Shown here: positions 26,401 to 39,362 of the stretch, piece after piece
How positions within the stretch are numbered: the stretch's first letter is position 1
How the letters are laid out: every line of letters begins with the position of its first letter
Origin: Enoplolaimus lenunculus
Taxonomy: Eukaryota
Assembly: GCA_030248215.1 (NCBI GenBank)
Contig: JASANG010001329.1
Location: 124,001-188,000, forward strand
DNA length: 64,000 nucleotides
Reading direction: 5' to 3'
Translations under genes and position numbers: made by a program
The notes under the pieces: generated by a model
Told to the model about the DNA's origin: nothing
What the model saw: only the letters and a program-made list of their open reading frames with translations
Databases searched by the model: none

Positions 26401-27444
26401 GTAACGGCGAAAATACCATTATATTTTAATCTCGTTCCTAGTCGCTATGTGTTGTCAAATCTGGCACACCGGTGTGACTTGAATGGGTTTCTGCATGGTT
26501 TAGCTTTATTTTGAAGTTTACAGGTCTGGTGATTCGGATGGCTTCCATATTTCGAAATATTCTAGTCAATGTGGTCAGAAGTATCATGGTTTTATTGCAC
26601 CATGGAGTACAGATATGAAACTTAGTGCCGACTGTCTAAAACAAATCACTAAACACATGCATTATATATCTAAATTACACTTGCGACTTTGTTACCTATT
26701 CAACGGTTAAAATGTCACTTGCTTTTTGACATCGGAGGCCTCGACCGCCCTTATATATACCGGGTTAAAAATCTATAAATTTAAATTTTATATTTTAAAT
26801 TCAGGAACAACACATGCCGGCACTAAAGTTATTGAAAAAATGAAAGCTGCACAAGCTTGAAAATTTACATCTTGACAAAGTAGCCCAAACGTAATTCGTT
26901 AAACCCGTTCAATACTAACGTCCAAATTCATGTTCAACAAAAACACCAATACTTACCGTTTCTTTTGACTGCAAAAACCAGCACTGGTTTTGAAGCAACA
27001 AGGTACGGCAGCGCTATCCACACGTACATTAGTGACAAATCTAATTATCGAAAACCTTTTCATTGAGGTTAGCAGCGATACCTAAGGAGTTACAGGTACA
27101 ACGGTAAAACCAGGCAAAGAAGCAAAACAAAAAACACAATATTTTCAATTTCTAAGCGTAAGATTTAGCGGTATTTTTTGACTTTGCCTTGTTAATGTCG
27201 GTATTACATGAAGAGGTGTACGTAATCCTATTTATTTCTCATAGCGTTTGTTTCTTAGCACATCTACTCGAAGAAATGACCAGTTAAATTCGCCTGTCAA
27301 GAAACTTAACGCTGTGTGTATATGTGTCTTTCTGAGCACGCATTTGAACCCAGGTTGATATCTGTGCCATTTTAAACATTTATTAAAAAATTTCAACTGC
27401 TGTCTGTGACGCTAGTGACATAAAAGCTCTTCAAGATGGCAGTA

Positions 27445-27691
27445 CACACAAAAAAATATTTCTGAATTTATTCAGAAAAATGTTTTCTGTGGCAAATCAG
27501 AAAAGTTTTGCTGATATTTAAGACAATTTTTCTAAAAATAACTGGAAAACGTTTATTTTCAGACTTTATTTCAAAACGTTTTTTGAAAACATTTCTGTTA
27601 TAACAGAAATACTTTTCAAGTGCACCTTGCTAATTATATTTCTTAAATGTAAGAAATTTTTTCTTAAATATCAGAAATATTATTTTGAGTG
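27445..27691. mobile_element. CAC-terminated (EnSpm/CMC-like) MITE, family C3
   Basis: TIRs CACACAAAAAAAATATTTCTGA / TCAGAAATATTATTTTGAGTG. TA on both sides. Interior CAGAAA/TTTCTG motifs. Confidence 0.75.
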
Positions 27692-28042
27692 TAGTATCGG
27701 TAAATTGATTTTCACTCCAGAGTATTTGGTCAGAAACCTAGCTCGAATGTCTCAGATAAAATAGAAAATATTCATATAAGAAAGGGTTAATTGTTGTTCG
27801 TGACAAGATAACGCAAGCAACAAATGATGCAAAAAAGAAACCTTTAACCAACGATATAATTATAACAACAGAAATCTGTTTACATCAAATTCTGATTTTT
27901 GGACACTGACCATTGACCATCCCAAACATCTGTGTACGGAAAGTTAAGTTTTACTGTACATCCGTTTAATATCCACAACACCATGTTAATAATAGAAACC
28001 TGCTCAATTGGCGATATGGATACACGACTTAGAGACTGGAAC

Positions 28043-28141
28043 GCTTACGCTTAGACTTAGGCTTAGGTTTAACTTTAGGATTAGGCTTATGGTTACGATT
28101 ACGCTTTGGCTTATACTTTAAGGTTTTAGGTTTATACTTAG
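28043..28141 (+). repeat. Degenerate (TTAGGC)n hexamer tract
   Basis: CGCTTACGCTTAGACTTAGGCTTAGGTTTAACTTTAGGATTAGGCTTATGG..., 6-bp periodicity. Confidence 0.7.
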
Positions 28142-29917
28142 TGATTGAAACTTTAGTAACTTAATAAGTGCTACTTTTCAATCGAAATTAACCAGCACTG
28201 AAATGAGCGAAACTAAAAAACCAATTGATGCAACCGTTACGAACAAAAGAAACATACATCCTACCTTTAAAGCCATTAATTTAAAATTATTGCGTATTTT
28301 ATGCATTTATATATTCAGAATCGATGAAACATAACAAATATTTTGATTACAAATTCTTGAAAAAAAATTAATACAAAAGTAATAAAATATATAACCTAGA
28401 GGATGGAGGCAGAGCCGGTGTTCGTAAGCCGCTTTGTTGTGATAGGTAGACACAGCGCGAGCAAGAAAGCGTATGCAACAAGACAAGAGATTCAAAGATT
28501 TTCCGACTCTCAGAAAAAAAACTTTTAATCAAATCCTAAATAGAAAGGTGAATATAGATATAGATTCAATATTCTTGTGACACACAACGTTTTGCTCTCA
28601 CGGCAAAATAAAACTGAACATTCGTACCAGATCGTAGAGAGCAGACAGGTTTGTACATAAATTAAACACGTTTGGTTTTGACCTGAGGCAAAAATTTCAC
28701 TAGGTACTTTTATTTAATATTTTCGCACAACACACTTCGTATAGTTCGAACGGTAGGTGTGATCCAGTCGACGATCCACGATTTCAGAATGGCGGGGGGG
28801 GGCAAAATTTCACAGGTGACAAAGTTATTTTTGTTAACACATTGCGGACTGAGTACATGAAACAACACGTAAACCACGAATTATTGTAATAAAATTAACT
28901 AATTAACTATCAAAGAGTACGTCCGTTCAACTGAGATTAATTGCTAATCAAACGGCATAATCACCCTCGTGTATAGGAAACTTTGTGACCTCTAGGATCT
29001 GATTAGTGTTTCAGTAAATAATTTGGTACGCGTACAGGATATATGCCACTACCCACCTATCCCTCCCCTTGCACACGTTCCATGTTCTGTTTCATACAAA
29101 GTTGTAAAAGAAAATGTTTTGCGTTAGTTTTGCTTTGTGGAGGAAATAACCCCAATGCCTGACCAGACAGTAGTGGGGGTGGTGGTGGTTCTCCGCAATC
29201 TCCAGGTTGGGGCCCCCTAAAGGTAGAGGTGGTTACAGAATATTTGTTTGTTTAATCTGAAGTTGTCTGAGCTCACGCTTGTGTTTGATAACTATGAAGA
29301 CACACTTCCTATTACAGCTTCTCATAAAACTTGCAAAATGGAAGATCTTGAAAGTGAACCCATGTTTAAAATGAACACATTTCGCGCGCAGCGCAATTTT
29401 TTTTGTATTTTCTGCTATAGTAGCTGAACACCTCATATTTTAGGTAAAAGCTTTAATAATCTTCATATGCTTTAACCAGAGGAGGTAGCACACGGCACAC
29501 GACATTCCAAAACTTTTTGATTACCGTACTTGAATATTTCATTTCAGGTGAGTTATATTATTTAAAGCAAAATTGTAAGCCTACGAGGGTAGCAAGCGAG
29601 AAAATTTGTTAACATTTAGCAACCTGGCGGTTATTTTAATATTCGTGTAGTGTGTGAAGATGTTAAAAGAAACGCGGAAAAGTAGAATAGCCTCAAAAGC
29701 TGGCGAGAAATGCGAGAAACAAGCCAGACGTATTTCCAAACTTTGGCTGTTTTTGTTTCAACCGGTTTGTCCTGGTTGTGGTTCACTATGCGCCTCTTAC
29801 ATTTTTGTCTGCGTGCGCATCTCTTAACTTGATTCTTAAAATAATTTTTGTTGTGAACCTGTTGGGCTACTGCCGTGGTGCCCCCCCATGGATATACAAT
29901 TGCTGTGATCGCAGTAT

Positions 29918-30045
29918 GGCCCACGTATAATACAGTGCCTAAACAGTAGTATAAGCATATTCCTAAGCTAAACTGAAGCCTAAGCCTTAGCCTAAGCAAA
30001 CAAGTTAGTCTAAAGCTTAAACTTACTCTGTTACAGCTCCGCAGG
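29918..30045 (-). mobile_element. TTAGGC-bearing Merlin-like MITE, family B, truncated
   Basis: One TIR GGCCCACGTATAATACAG. Body (GCATATTCCTAAG...CTAAAGCTTAAACTTACTCT) is the reverse complement of the 34024 and 48862 copies. Second end is lost. Confidence 0.7.
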
Positions 30046-30364
30046 CAAACGATTTGGCAATGTTCAAACATGTGTCGATCGTATTTGCAACTGTTGTAGC
30101 ATACATCATCAGCTGGGTGATAAACGTTACAACTGTTGAACCAGTTAAATCAAATTTGATTATACTTTTAAACACATTTGCTTGTTGAAAAACTTTCTAC
30201 AACCATGTGATATTTCTTGCAGGATGAATTTGTTTGGAAACCTATCACTGATTAGCAGTGGATTCTTTAGACAATCGAGAATATGAACCAAGGTCTAGTC
30301 GTGAATGTAAAGTTCATGATTAAGCTCAACCCTGAGCTCATGCCAAAGCATAAGTTTATACCAA

Positions 30365-30564
30365 CACTGCACAACATGGTGAGTCAAATTGACTCTCGCC
30401 GGAATAGGCCTTTCCTGACTACGCAAACTGAATCAAAATTCGACTCCGCCTGAGTCGAATTCGACTCAATTTGACTCTGACGAAGTCGAATTTTGACTCA
30501 GTTTGTGTAGTCAGGAAAAGCCTATTTCGAGTAGAGTCAATTTGACTCACCATTGTTTGCTGTG
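30365..30564. mobile_element. Palindromic CACTG-type MITE, family C1
   Basis: CACTGCACAACATGGTGAGTCAAATTGACTC...GAGTCAATTTGACTCACCATTGTTTGCTGTG, homologous to 11517-11735. Confidence 0.85.
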
Positions 30565-30744
30565 CACAGTGTATTTAACAATTACAACTACGTTTGTGAC
30601 CTGACATATGAGCTACGACATTTATTAAAACTTTAAAAGCGCAACAATTCTCCTGGCAAATTATACTTTGATCTCTAAAATTTTTTAACGCGGCAGTCGC
30701 AATTTAAATTCCTTGTTTCTGTACCTCCGCTGCAAAATGTCCAG

Positions 30745-30815
30745 TGTTAAGCAATCATCACGGGATTGAGCAGACTGAAATGTACAATACGAATTTCTGT
30801 ATCCTTTACAAAAAG
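30745..30815 (+). CDS. Candidate 71-nt exon (phase 1-0), LSNHHGIEQTEMYNTNFCILYKK
   Basis: TGTCCAG acceptor with upstream pyrimidines, strong AAG|GTAAGG donor, only one frame open. Confidence 0.28.
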
Positions 30816-32434
30816 GTAAGGTTCCTCAAAGCTGCATTTTTTGTCATTGATTCAGAACTGGGTTCGTATATACATACCAGGACCACAGGCATGGGTGACC
30901 ATTTTAATGGGCACGTCAGTTGTGTACGTATATATAATGATACTAAATAAATTATGTTTCAGGTTACAGATTTATTAACAGAAATATAGTATCTTGTACA
31001 GTCACCAAGGTACGCTTTGGCTCAGGCACAGGCGCCGGTTTAGGTTTAAAAACGCGTTGCCTAAGCCTCTTCTTAAGCATTTGTCTAAGTCTAACCATGA
31101 GGTGGGGAAAGTGTATATAAGAGCCGTACGGAATTTCTTGAAAAATAAAGGAAATGACGCCCTTTTTTAGTACAGTGGTTACTTTACTGCTGTGGGTCTG
31201 TTGTGGATCAGCGCTAGTTTTATCAAAATCTTTACTAGGTCATACATTTTAAATTAAATTCAATTTTCCAAATTGTTTCCAGGTATCTTATTCGTTCTTG
31301 AACGTATTTCGCCTTGCTATAAAGTCAAGAGTCCACTTGAAGTATATTTTAATTTCAGACTAAAAAACTTCACAATTTCAAATCAAAAGGAATTTATAAT
31401 CATTACATGATGATGTGGTGATTTTTGTAGGCAAAATTTGACAAAAAGTTTATGTCTATTGTTCTTTTGTTTTTGAAGGCATTTTTTCACAAATACGTTT
31501 CAACAATTATTTTTCAGCACCTTTACTGGCATTTCAAGGTTCCTAACAACAATAGGCACTTCATGACCATATCGGTGCAGCACTTGTTGACTTTATTTTT
31601 CAGTCAAATAGCGTACAATTTCGCAAATTCATGCTTTGAATGTGTTTAATTTAACACTGCCCTCTTAAATTTTCGCGAATTGAAAATTTAAATATGTCCC
31701 AACCTTCTGAATACTTTAAGCAGTGCATGAAACTGCGACAACAATTTTCAAAGTCAAGTGTATTTTGTATTTTGCACATGAAGTATTAGCAGTCGTTGTG
31801 GTTTGTTTTTTCGAGATTTGGTAAAATAATTTATGGAGACTATGTTTTGATACATTCCAACATTAAACCTGGTTTCGATTATAACATAACAGAATAAGAG
31901 GGTCAAACACTGCCATGAATTGCAGTGCATCGGGAACCTAGAAAAAATTGTACAAATATATATCGCACGGATTTACAGTTCTTTTCGGCTGTTTTAATTA
32001 TGGACGCATTTGTGTTCAATATGGTTCTCAAAGGGTTTTTAAGACGTAAAAAGAATGGCTTAAGCCGTCTAAAAATTTCAACTTAAATTATACCTAAAAT
32101 AACTAAAGTTGATTGCGAGTTTAAGTGAAACTTGAACGGCTGGACGGAGTAACAACATTGGAATTTTAAGTTAACCTAACATATTTCTAGGCTTAGGACG
32201 AGTTTTAAGCTAAACTTATTTTTAGTTTAACGTATACGTGCTACTCAGAAGCTGGGTAAGTAGTTATTAGAATGCATTAAGTTTAGATTAAACTAAAAAT
32301 ATGTTATTTATATATGAAAGGAGTTTAAGCTTACCTACCAATTGGTTTAGGTAGTCTAGAACGTTATTTTAGCACTACATGATTAGCTTAAGCTTAAATC
32401 GAGTTAGTTTAAGCTTTTAGAGGGCACATTATAT

Positions 32435-32700
32435 TCGAAATGATGCATAGTTCAACAAGAGTATGCAACTGGGTACATTCCGCGTAGGAAAGAATGTTCC
32501 CGGCACCTGTTGTATTTTGGCCTACACCCCCTATTTAGCGGGTACAACTTCTGTAATTTAGGGGCATGGCATGTCATAGCGATCTCCATGAAGTAGGGGG
32601 ATCGACTAAAAATGCAACGCCCGGTAGTAGATTTGTATCACACAAATTTCCATAGCCACATGCTTATTAAACAGTAATCATCCACTCTTGGTTGTAGTAA
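32435..32700. mobile_element. Unclassified fold-back MITE, family H
   Basis: AACAAGAGTATGCAACTGGGTACATTCCGCGTAGGAAAGAATGTTCCCGGCAC matches 53891-53943. Right end TCATCCACTCTTGGTTGTAGTAA is the reverse complement of the left end of the 53858 copy. Confidence 0.65.
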
Positions 32701-32756
32701 ATAGAAAGGTGAAATAAAAACTTTTTTGGGGCTTATTTCCTTCTCACTGCGAATAG

Positions 32757-32827
32757 AACCTGATGTACGGTGTTCCGCTGTCTACAGATTCTTCAGAGGC
32801 GAAAAGATTTATGTTTTCAGCGGTCCA
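32757..32827 (+). CDS. Candidate 71-nt exon, NLMYGVPLSTDSSEAKRFMFSAV (or PDVRCSAVYRFFRGEKIYVFSGP in the other open frame)
   Basis: TTTCCTTCTCACTGCGAATAG acceptor and CA|GTAAGT donor. Alternative acceptors end at 32787 and 32820. Confidence 0.25.
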
Positions 32828-34023
32828 GTAAGTATTCGTTGCAATTCTGCGTAAACTGCAACTAAAGCACCATTTTCTATCGTCGTTATCTGCATTTTCT
32901 TGTTCAATTTAAGTTAAACGAATCACGATCCCCAGTGCACCTTGGCGGCGTGGGTAGGTCCATGCGAAAAACTTTTCCACAAAAATATTTCACATTACAG
33001 CGCAAACTTTAGCGTATAAAATTGATAGTGATGCAAAAATTTTAAATTCGCCGATTTAAAATTTTAAAGATTAATTGCTCGGTGAGTCGTAACTCGAATG
33101 TCACTCATGACAGCTACAATTTCCGCAAATTCATGAGCAACTTTTGTGAAATTTGAACACACTTCAACAACTGTAGATCCGTTCGTTGATAGTTGTTTTT
33201 GCTTGATTTTAGGGCTTCATGTTTGCTTTTGGTACAGGTTTTGTAGACTTGTATAATAAACTAATCTTTTTAGAAAATTACTCAGGCCCGTAGGCAGCCT
33301 AAAATAGTTTTAACAAATGACCACAGTTGCCAGAAAAGCATGCAGGAATTTACGAGGACAAATATTTTTCTATGTTCGCTCAACGGTTTGAACTTTCCTA
33401 GTCTACTTTGGGCAGTGGGAACGAAATATTAATGAGCGCCTGGTAAGATAATGGCTGAGCAAATAAACATTTTGTTACAGATTAGGACTGGTGTAACATT
33501 TATAACAACAAGATAAAGCGCGTAGCAAAGCGAAATTTTGTTTATAAGCTAAATAATTACAACTGTTATCCGCTGTTTACTCTTTGCGGCGTTGAAAGTG
33601 ACAATGACGTTGCTAGTTTAACTGGGTTAAATTTATAAGTCGTAGCAGATTTGGAAATAAGTACTTGGGATCCTGAGGGATCCCAAGGAAAAGGGTGGGC
33701 AGGCGGAATTAGCCTCTCTATCGGATAGGCGCCCTATATAGGGTAAAAACAATTCCCTCGATTTTGAAATTTTTGCTCAAAGTTAAGTTTAAAGTATATC
33801 CGGCAGATTAAAGATATACAGAAAATTTCTAAAGGGCGGCGTCAAATTTATTCCGTTCACTTCTGCATCCTGTTGAAAACTTTACTAAACAAGGAAAAGT
33901 TACCAGAAACTGAGTTTAATTAGAACTACAACCTAAATGGTTAAAACTTAATGAAATACTTTGTTCAGCAAATAAAAAATTTATATGAAGATTATATACT
34001 TAGTTTTATGTATAAGATTCAAC

Positions 34024-34229
34024 GGCCCATGTAAAGATCAGGGGCGGAACGTTGTTCTGTGGGACTACAATAGAGTAATCTTAAGCTTTAGACTATTTTT
34101 TGCTTGGTTTAGGCTTAAGTTTAGGCTTAGGAATATGCTCATTCTTAAGCTTAGGCTTAAACTTAGGCATAGGCTTAGGCTTATGAGTATGCTTGTGATA
34201 CAGTTCTGCCTCTGTTCTTTACATTGGTC
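34024..34229 (+). mobile_element. TTAGGC-bearing Merlin-like MITE, family B
   Basis: TIRs GGCCCATGTAAAGATCAGGGGCGGAAC / GTTCTGCCTCTGTTCTTTACATTGGTC. Perfect TSD GATTCAAC. Confidence 0.9.
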
Positions 34230-34985
34230 GATTCAACGAAGATTTTGGCACATATCAAGATGTATGTAAAGGTTGTCGAAAAAAGTTTCAAAATTTGTTA
34301 CGAACGATGCAAAATTGATAAAATACTCATCTGGCAAATGCCACTGTTGCCAATTGCAAGAAAGCGAGCGTATAACTTAACCTGTTCGATTTCAAAAAAT
34401 TTAAACAAGTTGCTCAATCATAAATTACAACGTTTTATATTAATTTTCAGTCATTTCGAGAGGCACCCGTGGAATATAAACAGCGGCGGCTGAATTATGA
34501 ACCCTATTGAACCTCCATATATATTTATTCTTGGTTCGCTGTTGATTGGCTACTTGTTTTTTAACAAAATTTTAAGTAATGATTAATTTTAATGTTACAA
34601 ATACGACAATCTATAGAAATCATTATTATGAGGATTTATGGTTATCAAAGTTAATAGTTAAAAAATTTTATAATTAATGAACAAGCTATTTTTCCACACG
34701 GATTATTCGTTAGGAACGGCTTTTAAACGAAATGTGTGGCCTTGAAATTTAAAAACTCCTGAGGGTTTATAATGTTTTGGCGCTTAGGTGACAGAGGCGT
34801 AGTCAGCGTATCAATTCGGAAAAGTGTAACTCAACACAAAAGTCAATGTCGACTGAGCGCTGCGCGAGACTGCATTTTTCTAACTCTAGTATCCGATAGG
34901 TTAATATTAAAGTTGCAAAATGGTTTGTTTTTATGGCCTTTCTGGACGTTTGGAAGGGATATTTTTCCCTGTGTTTTCAGCCATG

Positions 34986-35181
34986 GGACCATGTTACTTT
35001 TAAGGCCGTCCCGGTTTCTGGCGGGTCTGCAAAAAAGTAGGCTTACACTCTAGACTACATTTTTTGTTTAGGCTTAGGTTCGGGCTTAGGCTTATTAATA
35101 CGCTTTTGCATCGCATAGGCTTAGGTTTAGGTTTAGGAATACGCTTAATCTACTGTTACGGCCCTAAAAGTAACATTAGTC
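34986..35181 (+). mobile_element. TTAGGC-bearing Merlin-like MITE, family A (GGCCGT variant)
   Basis: TIRs GGACCATGTTACTTTTAAGGCCGT / ACGGCCCTAAAAGTAACATTAGTC. Perfect TSD CAGCCATG. Confidence 0.9.
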
Positions 35182-36453
35182 CAGCCATGGATGGTGATAA
35201 TGCTAAGTGTTAGAGATGCGTTATTTTAATGTTGCAAGTAGTTGTTTCAAACACATGTTGCAAAACTAAAGCACTTAAGAAAACCTCCAATCAATCATAT
35301 AGTTTCAGTTTTACAACTTTGCCACGAACACGGGAATGATTTTTTTCTAGGGATGTCCAGTATGCGGTCATGCAGCTCAATTCAAAGCGGAGATCCATCA
35401 AATCCGACAAGAAATTGTATCTTAGGCAAGAAACTATGAGTGGAACGTTAGACAGAATAGTTCGAAAACTTCTTCACAATGCAAGCTACAAGCCGGCGCA
35501 ATTTTTTGCGCTAAATATTTTTTAAATTCCAGAACAAAACTTTGGCTATGGTATGTTTTAGGGGCATCTGTGACAACTCATATTTTTGTATGGGTACCGA
35601 TTTGCAGACTAGGCATCCGTGTTTTATCTGTTCACAAAAACAACGTGGAATTAAGCACGGTAATACAATTATTTGATCTTTTGACGAACAGGTAACAAAT
35701 AGGTTTCACTTGTGGTGCGAAACTCAAATTTTTAGACGGCGTGAGTTGGGTATAACCACAGTTTTCAACTTGCCAGGTCAGAGTCTTTCCAAATGTTTAC
35801 TGCAACAGCAATTGCCTCACAATTTATGAATAGACGCGTAGTGATTTTCAAGTGAACACTTCACATCAGCTATATATAAGACCATTCGTTCAAAATTCAA
35901 ACTGATGCAGCAGCAAAAACAAGTTTCCACAGCATATCGAATAAGTCCGGGAGCACCGGTTGAATTTGAAAATCTTCACCGCATGCCAGCTTTCGTTCCT
36001 GCATTTTTTATAATAACTTGCGTCCTGTGGAAGCTCCAAAAATTTTTAAATTAGAGACCACCCGAGATATGACAGTGGGAAAACTCACGAGCCAAGCAAG
36101 CGAGAAGCCGATCACCACTTTAGTGCTACATATTTTAATACTAAAATGGTTGCTTTTGATTCTTATTGGCGGAAGGCTTTGGCTAGTGTTGCCTAATTGA
36201 ATTTCCCCGTCCTTGCGTATACCAGCTAATAAAAGTTTTTGTTGCATCTGCCCAGCGTGCAGTTCATCGATTCGATACGCTTATGAAGCATACGTATTTA
36301 ATAGTCGTTCTAAACGTTGCTCATTAATTTGTTAAACATACGAGTGAGATAAACTCTAAAAAACAACAGCTGGTACATAACTGCACTGCTCAAATGCAAT
36401 ACATTTCATCAGTAACATTTGCGTTACTTAATTGGGTTAGGTGAGTCCTGATG

Positions 36454-36515
36454 CACTAGCGGATCCAGAGGTGGGGCGTACGCCTCCTCGTCAGAAATTT
36501 CTGGGTCCGCCACTG
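36454..36515 (+). mobile_element. Minimal 62-bp hAT-like MITE, family D
   Basis: CACTAGCGGATCCAGA...GGGGCGTACGCC...GTCAGAAATTTCTGGGTCCGCCACTG: both family D ends with no interior. No TSD seen. Confidence 0.65.
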
Positions 36516-38319
36516 CGCGTGGGGGGTGCTGGCTGGCATACACTGGCAGCAATTCAGTTTGTTTAAACAGTACATTGGCTACTATATAGGCGATTGGTTA
36601 AAGTTCGGCCCTCGATGATAGCAAAAAACGATGACAGGTGGTTGTCTGTAGATTAAGGTTTGCGATGTATGAAACTGTAAATTACGCCAATTTATCATCA
36701 AACTTCGAAACGTCCAAATTGTTTTGTGTCCAAAACTTAACCGTTTCGACTGTATTCTTCAGCTTTATGATACAATCGTTAGTCAACTACCGACGCATTA
36801 AACAATTTGTTTTGAAGTATTGTGCTATAAAATAGGTGGAAATGAGCATCAAAGTTGTTCAACTGTTCTTGCAGTTGTTGTGTGGCTTTTGTACATATTA
36901 GTCTGCACTTAGGCTTCGGCTTAGGCTTTTATGTTGATAAAAGGCTTCCATATTTCTAAGGGCAAGAAATTACTTAAACCCTGGCAATGCATATATCTTA
37001 GATTAAAGCATAAGCTTCGCCTAAATTACGGTGGGAGTTTACAAGAGCCATTTTCCTCAATTAAAATAACTTGTCAACTTTTAGAATTTAGAAGGTTATA
37101 CTTAAACAAGTTCTGTTATCGTTTTCTTTATACGTTTTCAAAGCGGTCATAACGTCGTTGATCGCTTCCCTTATCTGCGTCCGTTTTAGGGATTAAAAAT
37201 AAATAATTCAACTGAGTTTTTTTTTCCTCAATTTCAAATTCTGTGCGCAACTGTTTCATTGCATCCATTAGACATTTTTTTACCATTATTGTACATTCTA
37301 AAACTTTTCTAATGTTTTCACAATATTTGCAATAGTGGTAGTGTATACAACGCAATTAGAACGTTTTAAGAGGTCACGCCCTGTAGCAGCAGTCATTGTC
37401 TGATGTTTAGTTTTGTGTCTTTATTTCTACCGGAAATTACTGTTTAGTAGTATTTTTGTTTTCTCTCAAATGCTGCGAAAAAAACTGCAAAAATGATTTT
37501 TTTAGAAAATGTAGAAACTTTTTGAGCTGTTAATATTAACTGCAAAAAACTTCGTTTGAAAAATTAAGTTTGGAACGCTTGAAATGAAAAGTTAAAAACG
37601 AAAATCGTAGTAAAATTGTAGTAAATCATTAAATCTGTTAAACTGTTGCAAACAGTCGCATCAGTTACCTCACCTCAAACATCGGATATATATTTTATAA
37701 TTTTCAATCATATTTTATGTTGTGAAAATGTGCACGACAAGTCGTGAAAAATTTAAATATACAAAAATTGCCAAAATCGAACCAATTCTAGTAAACTTCG
37801 GAATGAACAGAATAACCGATTTCGTCCGCAAAAAGACATTTCTATTCTCAGTATACGATCGCTTTCAATCAATAAATGCAGTCGCGGGTCCAGAATTTTC
37901 CGATATTGAATGATCGCGGTATTTTGAACCTTGGTTTGGAAAGTGTGCTTAGCAATTGACTTCGATAGATCAAAATTAATATGATGATATTCAAGAAGTT
38001 ACCGGGATTCTAAGTGAGGAAAGCAAGTTTTTCTGTGTCACAAATACAATTGATACAACAATCTGGGACACTAGTTTATTACAAATGGAACGTCGCATGA
38101 AAGATCATGAGCGGAACATTTTTCTGCGGTAGTGCAATACAGTAAGCTTAGGTAATTCTTCTTGAAAATGCGTTTGCAGCACTTGACACTCACATCATGT
38201 TGACTTAGAGCTACGAAGATAGCTTTTATGGTTTCTTAATAACAAACCAATATACAAACAATCTCAGCAAAATTGCATTATCTCGATGAAATTTAGTTTG
38301 AAAGCATATCAGTAACGAC

Positions 38320-38483
38320 CAGGCCTGTAGCCAGCTCACTTTGCTAGGGGGACTAAAAACTTTTCACGAAGGGGCATTCAAGGGTTTTCAATGAGTTACA
38401 AGCAAGGTTAAAACCTTTTCAGGGGGCCCCAAAGTTTTTCAGAGGGGGTGAGCCCCCCTAGACCATCCTTGTCCATGGGCCAG
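38320..38483 (+). mobile_element. hAT-like MITE, family E
   Basis: CAGGCCTGTAGCCAG...CATGGGCCAG. Perfect TSD GTAACGAC. Homologous to 56753-56905 (TACAAGCAAGGTT core). Confidence 0.8.
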
Positions 38484-39221
38484 GTAACGACTGTTTCGAT
38501 CTGCGATTAGTTTTAATTAACAAATTTCTAGTTATAAACTGAAATACTTTACTATAAAGTAGAAACTTTGCAGCAAACCCAATATAATCTTATTAGGATC
38601 ACACCACACAAATACTTGAAATAAAAACTAAACTCCAAAATCCTGAAACAAATTTTAAAATCTTACCGCAACACTTCGATAGAATGCAATAACTATATAG
38701 GAGGAAGGTGGGCCCAAATTCTAAAAATTAGCTAAATGTAGTCGTAAATTTTTTCTTCTTAACATAACGGTTGGCCCGGCTCGTGTTTATAACTACCCTA
38801 TAGCATGTTGATGGCATCCTTAGGGGTTAGCCAGGATTTTGGAAAGAAGGCTTATGTCCTACAACAATTTCGATTGGCGTTTCTTATGTCATCATAATAA
38901 AATCTTTAACAGCCCTTGAACAATATTTCAATGGCGAAGATTATTTCAAAAATCAAGACAACGTGGCTCTGCCCTACGGTATCTCTAACAAGAGTACCAT
39001 ACACTAGCACTGTTTAGAGTCAATTTTATAAGTTACACTTTTGCTGTCTGTTTCAATCAGGAGCATATGCAAGCGCTTAAAAGCGTTGTGCAAAAAACGT
39101 CCAAAATGCACAAAAGAGCATTTTTGATGCGTTTTCATTAAACGTTAAAAACAACGTTTACGCGTTTTATATCACATTTGTAGCTTTTCGTATAAAAGCC
39201 GATTTTATGCGTCGTTTCATC

Positions 39222-39252
<31 letters not shown>

Positions 39253-39362
39253 GTATGTATATACACATATATATATACATATATAAATATATATATGTAT
39301 ATAAATATACATATATATATTATATATATTATATATGTATATATGTATATATATGTATATAT
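39222..39362. repeat. Imperfect (TA)n/(TATG)n microsatellite
   Basis: About 140 bp of TA-rich alternation with TATG and TACA interruptions. Confidence 0.95.

Noticed and set aside
33664..33687. Perfect 10-bp hairpin CTTGGGATCC-TGAG-GGATCCCAAG
   Set aside because: Isolated, with no CTRR Helitron end or U-tract nearby, so no function can be assigned.
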